From contig CAXXLQ010000004.1 in assembly GCA_963668695.2 (NCBI GenBank), positions 1,344,001 through 1,408,000 of the forward strand: a stretch of 64,000 nt of DNA. The letters run 5' to 3'. This DNA comes from Vicinamibacteria bacterium. Lineage in GTDB: Bacteria; Acidobacteriota; Vicinamibacteria; Marinacidobacterales; Marinacidobacteraceae. Position 1 is the stretch's first letter; each line of letters starts with the position of its first letter. A program made the position numbers and the translations under genes. The notes below the pieces were generated by a model that had not been told where the DNA came from, made no database searches, and saw only the letters and a list, made by a program, of their open reading frames with translations. Shown here piece by piece: positions 28,740 through 37,498 of the stretch.

Positions 28740-30305
28740 GTGCGGCTCGTATTCGTAACCCCCCGCTTTCGGGCGAGGGACGCGACCTTGCCGGAATTGC
28801 TCGCGGCCGAGTTGGCCGACCGGGCGCCGGGTGGTTGGCGGACCACCGTCCTTACAACCACGGCGGCCGGCAATTCCCGGGAACCCTTTCGCGACGGAGA
28901 AATCCAGGAGAAGGGAGTCCGGGTGGTGCGCTTCCCGGCGGAGATTCCTTCGCCGTCCGGATCCGACGGCCAAGCCGCGCCCGACCTGCTGAGGTCTTCC
29001 GACCTCGTCGAGCATCTGCGGGATCGATCGAACGACTACGACCTGGTGGTGTTGTTCGGGTCGTCGCTCGTTTGCCTGGAAGCGGCGAAGGTCGATCCCG
29101 GACGTACGGTCCTGCTGCCGTTTATCGACGAGGAGGCGGTCGCCTCCAGCGATTCGCAGATCTTCCGCCATCCCGCCGCGTTCGTCTTCGGCAGCGAAGC
29201 GGAGGAAGTCCTGATTCTGAAGCGCTACCAGGTCCACCGTCGTATGCGGGAAACCATCGCGGGGGCCCTCCTGCTCCCGCGTACTGCCGATGGGTCGGCG
29301 TTCCGTCAGCGGACCGGTCTGACCGGGCACTATCTGTTGTCGGCTGGCCCGCTCGAGCCGGGCCGTGGCGTAGAGGAACTGCTGCGGTTCTTCTCCACGT
29401 TCAGAGACCGCCATCCGGATTCAGCTCTGGAACTCGTGTTACTGGGACCCGCGGCGTTGCGCATTCCGAAACGCCCGGACATCCGGGTGGTAAGCCCCAA
29501 AAACACGCCGGAACGTCTGGATGTTGTCGGCGGGGCCCTCGTGGCCGTGATCCCGGAGCGGCTTGCCGCATTTTCTACGACGGCAGCCGAGCCATTTTCC
29601 CTCGGCGTACCGATCCTGGTGAACGCGTCCGCGACGGGGCTTGCCGAGGATTGCCGGGCCTCGGGCGGCGGTCTCTACTACCAGAACTACGACGAGTTCG
29701 AGCTCATTCTCGAGCTCGGTCTGCGGGATCCGTCCCTGTTTGCCCGGATGGGCAAGGCCGGCCGCGGGTTCCTGCAATCCCGGCACGATTGGGATCTGGT
29801 GCTGGCGCGCTACGACGGGGCTTTCCGCAGCTTCGCCCGGCCCTCGCGCACGTCCGTGGACGCGTCGTCAGGCGAGCCGATCCCCGTCCGGGCAACACCG
29901 GACACCCGGGTCCCGGAGCAGGAGGTGGAAGCGCCGGCCCCGACCTCTTTCTTCGAGGCCAGCGCCCGGCGGCCACACCCCGCGGGGCGCGCCTTCCTGG
30001 TTTCGGAGGGAGAATCGGCCGAGGGGGACTCGGACGAGAGCCCACCGCAGCCCGGATCGGGCAGCGAATCGGAGCCGGCCACCGAGCCGTCCGAGGGATC
30101 ACGAGCAGAGGCTTCGCCTCCCGATGAATCCGCGGAAACTTCCGAGCTGCAGGCGGCGCCGGAGGTCGAGTCGGAGACGGAAGAGCCTGCGGCTTCCGAT
30201 CAGGACCCGGGACTGTCCGCATCTGAGGATGCTGACGCCGAGCACGAAACCCGAACCGGAGACGCCTCCCTTCCCAATTTCTTCCGTAGTTCCCTCCGGG
30301 ACTGA
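28740..30305 (+). CDS. Glycosyltransferase family 4-like protein with long acidic disordered tail
   Basis: VRLVFVTPRF, GVRVVRFP, AGPLEPGRGVEEL, AEPFSLGVPILVN, GGGLYY; GTG start 1 nt after the upstream stop. Confidence 0.75.
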   Translation: MRLVFVTPRFRARDATLPELLAAELADRAPGGWRTTVLTTTAAGNSREPFRDGEIQEKGVRVVRFPAEIPSPSGSDGQAAPDLLRSSDLVEHLRDRSNDYDLVVLFGSSLVCLEAAKVDPGRTVLLPFIDEEAVASSDSQIFRHPAAFVFGSEAEEVLILKRYQVHRRMRETIAGALLLPRTADGSAFRQRTGLTGHYLLSAGPLEPGRGVEELLRFFSTFRDRHPDSALELVLLGPAALRIPKRPDIRVVSPKNTPERLDVVGGALVAVIPERLAAFSTTAAEPFSLGVPILVNASATGLAEDCRASGGGLYYQNYDEFELILELGLRDPSLFARMGKAGRGFLQSRHDWDLVLARYDGAFRSFARPSRTSVDASSGEPIPVRATPDTRVPEQEVEAPAPTSFFEASARRPHPAGRAFLVSEGESAEGDSDESPPQPGSGSESEPATEPSEGSRAEASPPDESAETSELQAAPEVESETEEPAASDQDPGLSASEDADAEHETRTGDASLPNFFRSSLRD

Positions 30306-30329
30306 GGGTCCGCCTCCGCGCGGACTCAG

Positions 30330-30439
30330 CAGCCGGTAGTGAAACCCACGCGGCCCAGTTCTCCCGGTGGGGGCTCGAGCGGCGATTCAGCCGGGCGCCT
30401 CCCCGCTCTCGGCGCTCACCCGGGTTCCACCACAGGCTG
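30330..30439. mobile_element. MITE-like element copy 3 (internally deleted, one 18-bp insert)
   Basis: cagccggtagtgaaacccacgcgg...ccaccacaggctg followed by cta (GH20 stop). Confidence 0.8.
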
Positions 30440-32293
30440 CTAGGGAGCGAGAGAACGGGACGCTCTCCGGAGCGCCGTTACCGCGCCCTGAAAGAGCTTC
30501 CGGGCCGTTCCGACGCCTTCTGGCCGATTCGTCCGTAACCACAGGTGGCGGAACCGCCTGGCGAGCTCGAGTTGCCGCTCCGCGAGCGAGGTCAACTCTT
30601 CTGCCAGTCGGCGGTCTTCCGGCGTTCCCCCCCGTGCGGCCTGACGGAGGCGGATGGTGGCGAGCCCGCGTTCGGCGCCGAGCAGCGAGGCGTCCAGTGC
30701 GAATCGCCATTCCGCGCCCGATGGGCCCGAGGGCAGACCGTGCGCATTTGCCTCCTCCGCCAGGCGGTGCAGTTCCTCCAGGGTCTTTTCCAGCGCTTCC
30801 CGGGTAGGAGCGCGGGAGCTCCTCGTGAGCCGGGTTTCAAAGAAGACCGTCTTCAACGGCGAATGATTGAAATGCCGGAACCCCGCGTTGTGGAGCCGTC
30901 CGAGCCGCGCGGCGAAATCACCGGAGAACCCGGACGCATCCCCCGCGACGTGCTCCGAGAACGCGGCGGCGAGTTCGCTCTCGGGCCGGTCCTCGTCGCC
31001 CCAGGCGGCTTGGGCGCCGGCCGCGATCGGGAAGAGTGAGCCGCCAAACAGGTTGAAGTGGCCGCCGTCTCCCCAGTCGGTAACGATGAGCCCCGAAGCC
31101 CCGAAGCGTTTCGCGGCACGCGCGTGTCCCCGGATGTTGGGCAAAGAGGTATCGAATCTCGGGAACAGACTGCTCCAGGAAGAAGTTCCGGCCACCGTCA
31201 GGAAGTCGCGGCCCGCGTCCCGGAAGCGCTCCACCCGGTCGAACTCGTGGTCCGGTTCGTACCACCAGTCGGCGAGCGTGATGTCCGGATCGAGGAGGTC
31301 CAGGGCTTCCGGATGATCCGCGAGCACGTCCGCCCAGATCATCGGGCGCTTCCCGAGGTCGCGCGCCATTCCCGCGACGCGGTTCACGTGTCCCGCGAAT
31401 ACCGCCGCGGGTCCCTCGCGCTCGGCGCGCTCCCGCGAGAGCCCCTTCCCGAGGTCCACCGGTTCGTCGCAGTTGATGTGAGCCCACTGCGAGGCAAAGT
31501 TGGGGAGGTATTCCTCCAGCAGGTCGCGGAGCAGCGGGTAGGTTCCCGCGGCCTCCGGCGAAACGGACCAGAGCCGGTCCGATTCCGCGAGGTGGCGATA
31601 GCGAGCTTTCTCCAGGATCCGCCGGAAATGGCCGAACGTCTGAAGACAGGGGACGAGGTCTACGCCCCAGCGGCGGGCGTAAGCGTCGAGCTCCCGGATT
31701 TCGGGTGCCGAATAGCCCCCCGATCCCGCGCCGATCTCGGGGTGCTTCTCGAACTGGAAGGTGTGCTCGGTGTAGAGCAGGAGTTCGTTGTAGCGGAGGC
31801 GGGCGAGGACTTCGATGAGCCAGCGGATGGTTTCCGGGCGGGGGACCTTCCCCCGGGAGATGTCGAGCAGGAAACCGCGCCGCCGGAGGGCGGGAGCGTC
31901 CTGGATGAGGACGGCCGGAATCCTGCCGTCCGGGCAGGCGAGCTGCGCGAGCGCCTCCGCCCCGTAGCGGAGTCCGGCAGAATCTCCCTGGAGCAGGACG
32001 CCCGCCGCATCCACCCGGAGCTCGAAGCTCTCCGGCGCCGAGTCCCGGCTGGTTTCGGACAGAATGAGGTTTCCGGCGGGCCCTGGCGCCCCTTGCGAAG
32101 CGGCGAGGCGCGCATGAAATCCGGCGCGTTGCCCGAGCCGTTCTGCCAGGAACGCCGCCGCCGCCCCCTCCGCCGGGGACCCGGCGTCAAGAACCAACCG
32201 GCAGCGGCGGTCCAGGCGAAAGGACCCCGGCAGGTGCTCGATCCGGCGCGGCGCGGGCAGCAGCCGCGCGGCAGGATGGTCCGGACGGGTCAT
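30440..32293 (-). CDS. Glycoside hydrolase family 20 (beta-N-acetylhexosaminidase-like)
   Basis: RGFLLDISRGKVP, LYTEHTF, PCLQTFGH, catalytic HINCDE, MIWAD, TDWGDGGH. Confidence 0.88.
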   Translation of the reverse strand: MTRPDHPAARLLPAPRRIEHLPGSFRLDRRCRLVLDAGSPAEGAAAAFLAERLGQRAGFHARLAASQGAPGPAGNLILSETSRDSAPESFELRVDAAGVLLQGDSAGLRYGAEALAQLACPDGRIPAVLIQDAPALRRRGFLLDISRGKVPRPETIRWLIEVLARLRYNELLLYTEHTFQFEKHPEIGAGSGGYSAPEIRELDAYARRWGVDLVPCLQTFGHFRRILEKARYRHLAESDRLWSVSPEAAGTYPLLRDLLEEYLPNFASQWAHINCDEPVDLGKGLSRERAEREGPAAVFAGHVNRVAGMARDLGKRPMIWADVLADHPEALDLLDPDITLADWWYEPDHEFDRVERFRDAGRDFLTVAGTSSWSSLFPRFDTSLPNIRGHARAAKRFGASGLIVTDWGDGGHFNLFGGSLFPIAAGAQAAWGDEDRPESELAAAFSEHVAGDASGFSGDFAARLGRLHNAGFRHFNHSPLKTVFFETRLTRSSRAPTREALEKTLEELHRLAEEANAHGLPSGPSGAEWRFALDASLLGAERGLATIRLRQAARGGTPEDRRLAEELTSLAERQLELARRFRHLWLRTNRPEGVGTARKLFQGAVTALRRASRSLAP

Positions 32294-32329
32294 TCATCCC
32301 ACTCTACCGTTGGTATCTTTTCCAGCGAG

Positions 32330-33013
32330 TTGAACACTTGGGAAATCGCGGTGCGGGCCGCCTCGTGGGCGAAACCCGGCATGGTGATCGGTCTCGGGAC
32401 CGGCCGGGCGGCGGCCGGATTTGTGCGCGTTCTCGGAGAACGCGTGCGTGCCGGCTTGGAAGTGCGGGGGATCCCAACCTCCCGAGCCACCGAAGCGCTG
32501 GCCCGCTCGCTCGGGATCCCGTTGGTGGGGTTCGCGGAAGTTGCCGCGCTGGATCTCGCGGTGGACGGCGCCGACGAGGTGGATCCCGACCACAATCTCA
32601 TCAAGGGGCATGGCGGGGCGCTCGTGCGGGAGCGGGTCGTCGCCGCGGCGGCCACCCGATTCGTGGTGCTGGTGGGTCCCGAGAAGCTCTCGCACCGGTT
32701 GGGCGCCAAGCGATCCGTCCCGGTGGAGGCGATCCCGTTTGCCGCGCCGCAGGTGCGAAGGGCGCTCGAGCGGATGGGCGCCGAGGCCCAAATCCGAATG
32801 GAATCCGATGAGAGCCCCTTCGTAACCGACAACGGGAATCTGCTGGTGAACGCCTCCTTCGGCGAAATCTCCGATCCCGCGACGCTGCACGCGAAGATCC
32901 TGGGGATTCCCGGGGTCCTCGATTCCGGCCTCTTTGCGGGGATGGCGGACGACGTGCTGGTCGAGGGACGGCCGGCAAGCGCCCTGCCGCCTTGCGGCTC
33001 CTCCGCCGCGTGA
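32330..33013 (+). CDS. rpiA: Ribose-5-phosphate isomerase A
   Basis: IGLGTG, DGADEVD, IKGHGGAL, VTDNGN, IPGVLDSGLF; start (TTG 32330) approximate. Confidence 0.93.
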   Translation: MNTWEIAVRAASWAKPGMVIGLGTGRAAAGFVRVLGERVRAGLEVRGIPTSRATEALARSLGIPLVGFAEVAALDLAVDGADEVDPDHNLIKGHGGALVRERVVAAAATRFVVLVGPEKLSHRLGAKRSVPVEAIPFAAPQVRRALERMGAEAQIRMESDESPFVTDNGNLLVNASFGEISDPATLHAKILGIPGVLDSGLFAGMADDVLVEGRPASALPPCGSSAA

Positions 33014-33759
33014 AGGGTGTCGCAATCTCGTTTCGCGAGATCGTAAAGAGCTTCGACGAAAAGCTCGTTCTGGACCGGGTATCGCTTGAGGTGTCTCCCG
33101 GGGAGGTTCTGGTCCTGCTCGGCAGGAGCGGTTGCGGCAAAACGACCCTGCTCCGTCTCGTGAACCGGCTGGTCAGCGCCGACTCGGGAGAGGTGTACGT
33201 GGGTGGCCGCGAAGTCACGGACTGGGATCCGGTCGCACTGAGGCGGGGCATCGGGTATGCCATCCAGGGGGTGGGACTGCTGCCCCATCTCAGCGTGGGC
33301 GACAACGTTTCCCTCGTGCCCCGGTTGCTCGGCTGGAACCCGGAGCGCCGCCGCGAGCGGGCCGCGGAGATGCTGCGACTCGTCGGCCTCGACCCCCGGG
33401 AGCACGGGGGTCGCCGTCCGGATCAGCTCTCGGGCGGACAGCGCCAGCGCGTCGGCGTCGCCCGCGCGCTGGCCGCCGATCCGGGGGCGCTCCTCATGGA
33501 CGAGCCCTTCGGCGCGGTGGATCCGATCGGCCGACGAAGTCTCCAGGAGGAGTTCCGGTCCCTTTCCCGCGAACTCGGGAAGACCGTTCTCTTCGTTACC
33601 CACGACGTGACCGAGGCGTTCCGGCTGGCGGATCGGATCGCGGTGGTGGCTGACGGCGGAATCCGCCAGTTGGGCACTCCGCGAGAAATCCGGGACACAC
33701 CGGCCGACGAGTTGGTCCAGGGCCTCATCGAGGGCGCCGCGATCCCGAGCAGCCTGTGA
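33010..33759 (+). CDS. Osmoprotectant (glycine betaine/choline) ABC transporter ATP-binding subunit
   Basis: GRSGCGKTT, LRRGIGYAIQ, LSGGQRQR, MDEPFGAVDP; stop codon lies inside the MITE TIR. Confidence 0.92.
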   Translation: MKGVAISFREIVKSFDEKLVLDRVSLEVSPGEVLVLLGRSGCGKTTLLRLVNRLVSADSGEVYVGGREVTDWDPVALRRGIGYAIQGVGLLPHLSVGDNVSLVPRLLGWNPERRRERAAEMLRLVGLDPREHGGRRPDQLSGGQRQRVGVARALAADPGALLMDEPFGAVDPIGRRSLQEEFRSLSRELGKTVLFVTHDVTEAFRLADRIAVVADGGIRQLGTPREIRDTPADELVQGLIEGAAIPSSL

Positions 33760-34383
33760 ATAAAGTCACGCGGCATTCCCGAGCCAGAAGAGATGGTGGT
33801 CGGGTGACCCCGCCCCCCGTCCCTTCCGCTCCGGGGTCTCCGCGGTGCTTGGGCCCCGCTCCGGAAGCCCGAGCCAGAAGAGATGGTGGTCGGGTGACCC
33901 CGCCCCCCGTCCCTTCCGCTCCGGGGTCTCCGCGGTGCTTGGGCCCCGCTCCGGAAGCCCGAGCCAGAAGGGATGGTGGTCGGGTGACCCCGCCCCCCGT
34001 CCCTTCCGCTCCGGGGTCTCCGCGGTGCTTGGGCCCCGCTCCGGAAGCCCGAGCCAGAAGGGATGGTGGTCGGGTGACCCCGCCCCCCGTCCCTTCCGCT
34101 CCGGGGTCTCCGCGGTGCTTGGGGCTCCGGAAGCCCGAGCCAGAAGGGATGGTGGTCGGGTGACCCCGCCCCCCGTCCCTTCCGCTCCGGGGTCTCCGCG
34201 GTGCTTGGGCCCCGCTCCGGAAGCGACCGGCGATGCATCCCGGCTGAACCGCTACGCTCGGCGTTCCGATTGGGTCGGAATACACCCGGTATTCCTCCCG
34301 AATCGCGCCTTGTCAGCCGGGCGCCTCACCGCCAGTTCTCCCGGTGGGGGCCTCGGTGCTCACGTCACTTTACCCACAGGCTG
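33750..34383. mobile_element. MITE-like element copy 4 (five 90-bp modules, one 18-bp insert)
   Basis: cagcctgtgaataaagtcacgcgg...cccacaggctg then cta. Confidence 0.85.
33778..34223. repeat. 90-bp tandem repeat x5 (fourth unit 86 bp)
   Basis: gagccagaag recurs at 33781, 33871, 33961, 34051 and 34137; units near identical, no spacers. Confidence 0.97.
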
Positions 34384-34393
34384 CTAACGGCGG

Positions 34394-35035
34394 ATGAGTT
34401 TTCTCGAGTTTGTGGCCGGGCGCTGGACCGAGATCCTGACCCTCACGCTCGAACACGTGGTGCTGGTCGTGATCTCCACGGTAGCCGGGGTGCTGATCGC
34501 GGTGCCGCTCGGGCTCGCCATCACCCGGGTACCCGCGCTCAGTCGGCCGGTACTGGGATTTGCCGGAGTCATCCAGACCGTGCCGTCCCTCGCGCTTTTC
34601 GGCCTGCTGATCCCGCTGCCCTTCATCGGGGGCATCGGCAGCCGGACCGCCATCATCGCGCTCGTTCTCTACGCGCTGCTGCCGATCCTCCGCAATACGG
34701 TGACCGGCGTGCGGCAGGTCGATCCGGCGATTCTGGATGCCGCGAACGGGATGGGAATGACCGACTGGCAACGGCTGACCCTCGTGGAGGTTCCCCTCGC
34801 GCTGCCCTCCATCTTCTCGGGCATCCGGATCGCGACGGTGGTCGGGATAGGCCTCGTGACGATTGCGGCCGCGGTCGGCGCTGGCGGTCTCGGATCGCTG
34901 ATCTTCCGCGGGCTGGCGATGCTTGATTCCCGGCTGCTCTTCGCCGGAGCGATACCCTCCGCGATCCTGGCGTTGATCGCGGACGGCGGGCTCGCGCTGC
35001 TCGAATCCCGTCTGGTTGCCTCGCGCGGTCCGTGA
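34394..35035 (+). CDS. Osmoprotectant ABC transporter permease
   Basis: QTVPSLALFG, LYALLPILRNT, DAANGMGMT (EAA loop), GAGGLG. Confidence 0.93.
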   Translation: MSFLEFVAGRWTEILTLTLEHVVLVVISTVAGVLIAVPLGLAITRVPALSRPVLGFAGVIQTVPSLALFGLLIPLPFIGGIGSRTAIIALVLYALLPILRNTVTGVRQVDPAILDAANGMGMTDWQRLTLVEVPLALPSIFSGIRIATVVGIGLVTIAAAVGAGGLGSLIFRGLAMLDSRLLFAGAIPSAILALIADGGLALLESRLVASRGP

Positions 35036-35949
35036 CAAATCGAACTTCCGTGAACGAAGCCATCCGGCGCCGCAGTTTCCTTCGGCGTCTCGGGGCCACG
35101 GGCGCCCTGCTTGCGCCCGGACTCTTCGGAACGCGTTGCGGTCCCGGGGGTCCGTCGGCGGTGCTCGGGGCGAAGACGTATTCGGAACAGATCATCCTCG
35201 GCGAGCTGCTTTCGCGGTTTCTCCGGGCGGCCGGGCTCGCGGTTACCGAGCGGTTCCAGATGCAGACGTTCGTCCTTCACACAGCAATTGCCAACGGGGA
35301 TCTCGACTGCTACATCGAATACACCGGAACGTCCTATTCCGCGATCATGCACGAGACCTTCGTCGCCGGGCAGACCGCCGAGGAGATCTACCAGCGGGTG
35401 AAGGAGCTCTACCGGGAGCGCTTCGACCTTCGTCTCGGCCCGCCGATCGGTTTTTCGAACGACTACGTCCTTGCCGTTCCCCGGGACTTTGCGAGGGAGC
35501 GGGGCCTGCGGACGATTTCCGACCTGGCCCGTATTTCGGGGTATCTCTTCGTCGCTGGCTACGCGTTCTTCGAGAGGGCCGATGGCCTCCGCGGGATGAT
35601 GGACCACTACGGATTCGCCGAGATGCCGGAGTCCATCGAGGTCGAGGTGGACATGGTCTTCCAGGTGATGGAGGCGGGTCAGGCCGACGTGGCGGTGGGT
35701 AACTCCACCGACGGCCGGGTTGCCAAGCTCGACCTGCTCGTCCTCGAGGATGACCTCGGCTGGTTCCCGCCCTACGAATCCGCCCTGGTCTACCGCCCGG
35801 ACGCCCATCCCGCCGTGGCCGAGCTGGCCGAGCGCCTCGGCGGCGCCATCAGCACCGAGACGATGCGTGCGCTCAACCGCCGGGTGGACGTGGACGGCGA
35901 ACAGCCGGCGGAGGTCGCCGCCGAGTTCTTCGAGACGCTGACCGGCTGA
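35032..35949 (+). CDS. Osmoprotectant ABC transporter substrate-binding protein (Tat-like signal)
   Basis: RRRSFLRR, GAKTYSEQIILGE, YIEYTGT, LEDDLGWFPPY. Confidence 0.92.
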   Translation: MTNRTSVNEAIRRRSFLRRLGATGALLAPGLFGTRCGPGGPSAVLGAKTYSEQIILGELLSRFLRAAGLAVTERFQMQTFVLHTAIANGDLDCYIEYTGTSYSAIMHETFVAGQTAEEIYQRVKELYRERFDLRLGPPIGFSNDYVLAVPRDFARERGLRTISDLARISGYLFVAGYAFFERADGLRGMMDHYGFAEMPESIEVEVDMVFQVMEAGQADVAVGNSTDGRVAKLDLLVLEDDLGWFPPYESALVYRPDAHPAVAELAERLGGAISTETMRALNRRVDVDGEQPAEVAAEFFETLTG

Positions 35950-36079
35950 GAGCCGCCCGCCCGCTTTCCGGGTTCGGGAGCGTCATCTCCTGGAGATCGT
36001 CTGGGTCGGCCGCGGCTTCCCTCGTCCGGCGTCCGACCTCCAATCGTCCGGCGGGGGCCGATCACGCTAAAATGGCTAT

Positions 36080-36379
36080 ATGGAAAGCGCCAGTATTAGC
36101 GAAGCGAGGAACAAGTTGAGCGGCCTGCTCCGACGGGTCCGGCTCGGCGAGACGGTTCTGATTACGGATCGCGGTAAGCCGGTGGCCAGGATCGAGCCCT
36201 GCCTTTCTACGGGCGCCGAGGACCCCCAAGTCGCGGCGCTGCTCGCCCGGCCGGGGGTCGCCACGCCCGCGCGGGAGACGCTGGATCTCGCTGCCTTCTT
36301 GAAAACTCCCCTGCCGCGTCTGCCGGAGGGGGTCCGGGCCAGCGATGCGGTCTCGGCGGATCGGGACGAAGGCTGGTGA
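36080..36379 (+). CDS. Phd/YefM-family antitoxin
   Basis: SISEARNKLSGLLRRVRLGETVLITDRGKPVARI; overlaps the toxin gene (GTGA). Confidence 0.9.
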   Translation: MESASISEARNKLSGLLRRVRLGETVLITDRGKPVARIEPCLSTGAEDPQVAALLARPGVATPARETLDLAAFLKTPLPRLPEGVRASDAVSADRDEGW

Positions 36380-36795
36380 GGTACTGGGATTCGTCGGCGC
36401 TCGTCGCGCTGTTGGTTGCCGAACCGGCGACGCCGAACCGCCAGTCCTTGCTGGACGACGATCCACAGATCGCCACATGGTGGGGAAGTTCGCTGGAATG
36501 CGCCTCGGCGCTCCATCGGCTTGACCGGCAGTATGGGTCCGGCGAATCCCGGATTCTCCGGTCCATCGGGCTACTCGGGAAGCTCGAAGCCTCTTGGCAC
36601 GAGGTCGAGCCCTCCGAGCGGCTCCGCCGCCGGGCGCGGCGGCTGCTGGGGGTTCACGCGCTGCGGGCGGCCGACGCCCTGCAACTGGCTGCCGCGCTCG
36701 TCGCCGCAGACGAGGATCCGACCACCCTGGACTTCGCCTCGAGTGACATCCGACTCTCCGAAGCTGCCCGGCGCGAGGGCTTCACCGTCCGTTAG
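36376..36795 (+). CDS. vapC: VapC-family PIN-domain toxin
   Basis: YWDSSALV, LECASAL, LRAADALQLAAA, SSDIRLSEAARREGF. Confidence 0.9.
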   Translation: MRYWDSSALVALLVAEPATPNRQSLLDDDPQIATWWGSSLECASALHRLDRQYGSGESRILRSIGLLGKLEASWHEVEPSERLRRRARRLLGVHALRAADALQLAAALVAADEDPTTLDFASSDIRLSEAARREGFTVR

Positions 36796-36823
36796 CTCGC
36801 AGGGGCCGAGCGCGGCCTTCGCG

Positions 36824-37480
36824 TCACGCCCGCCTGAGGCGCCGTCGCCCCTCAAGCACCAAGAGTGCCAGACCGATCGTCACGATGCCGACCGCGATCA
36901 GCGCGCTCCGCAGCACGATGCGCGTGGTGGCGGCGAAGACGCTCGTTCCTTCCGTTCGGATCTGGAGTTCAAGCCCCTCGCCGAGGAACTGGTCGAGAGG
37001 ACGGACCCAGGAGAGCACGTTTCCCCGCTGCAGCGGGCCGTCGCTGTTGTGTGCGGTGATCCTCCCCTCGGGCCGCACCCGGATCTCGGCGCCTTCCTGG
37101 GGTCGCGGGCTCGCGCTCGACCGCGGCCCGATCGTCATGGCGAAGTCGAACCCTCCGTCGCCGGTCGGCCGGTAGCTGCATTCGCGCCGGAGAAGTGGTG
37201 CGTCGCAGAGCGCCGCAACCGAGTCGAACGTCACATCCGCCTCAATCCGTCCGCCGCGCGGCGACCGGGTGCTCGCGACGGTCAGGCCCGGCCCGGAAAG
37301 CCCTGCGCGGAGCATCCCGGAAGCGTCTCCTCCCGGATCCCCGGCGAGAAGCTCGGGCGCTAGCCGGATCGTGGACTGGCCGGATCCGTCGAGTGCGAGC
37401 CGGTGTTGCTCTTCCCATGCCGCTGGCGCGCACGCGGGCCCGGCTCCGAAGATGAGGGTGGCGGCGGTCGCTGCGTAGAA
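36824..37480 (-). CDS. Hypothetical exported protein with C-terminal membrane anchor (start unresolved)
   Basis: Hydrophobic N-region (AATAATLIFGAGPAC), soluble domain, C-terminal TM IVLRSALIAVGIVTIGLALLVL plus RRRLRR; no canonical start before the polA ATG. Confidence 0.5.
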   Translation of the reverse strand, partial: FYAATAATLIFGAGPACAPAAWEEQHRLALDGSGQSTIRLAPELLAGDPGGDASGMLRAGLSGPGLTVASTRSPRGGRIEADVTFDSVAALCDAPLLRRECSYRPTGDGGFDFAMTIGPRSSASPRPQEGAEIRVRPEGRITAHNSDGPLQRGNVLSWVRPLDQFLGEGLELQIRTEGTSVFAATTRIVLRSALIAVGIVTIGLALLVLEGRRRLRRA

Positions 37481-37498
37481 TCCAGCCGTTCTTTCTCG

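Noticed and set aside
31058-32329. N-terminal extension or fusion on RpiA (likewise on RlmN, PurL, ARH, CoA-transferase beta)
   Set aside because: The extensions are frames overlapping neighbouring genes; recognisable domains begin at the starts given.
33778-34223. CRISPR array
   Set aside because: Units are near-identical 90-mers with no unique spacers, and no cas genes are in the window.
33423-34387. Repeat-protein ORFs (33423..34238, 33725..34285, 33756..34163, 33845..34387)
   Set aside because: Open only because the GC-rich 90-bp unit is a multiple of 3; they lie inside a MITE.
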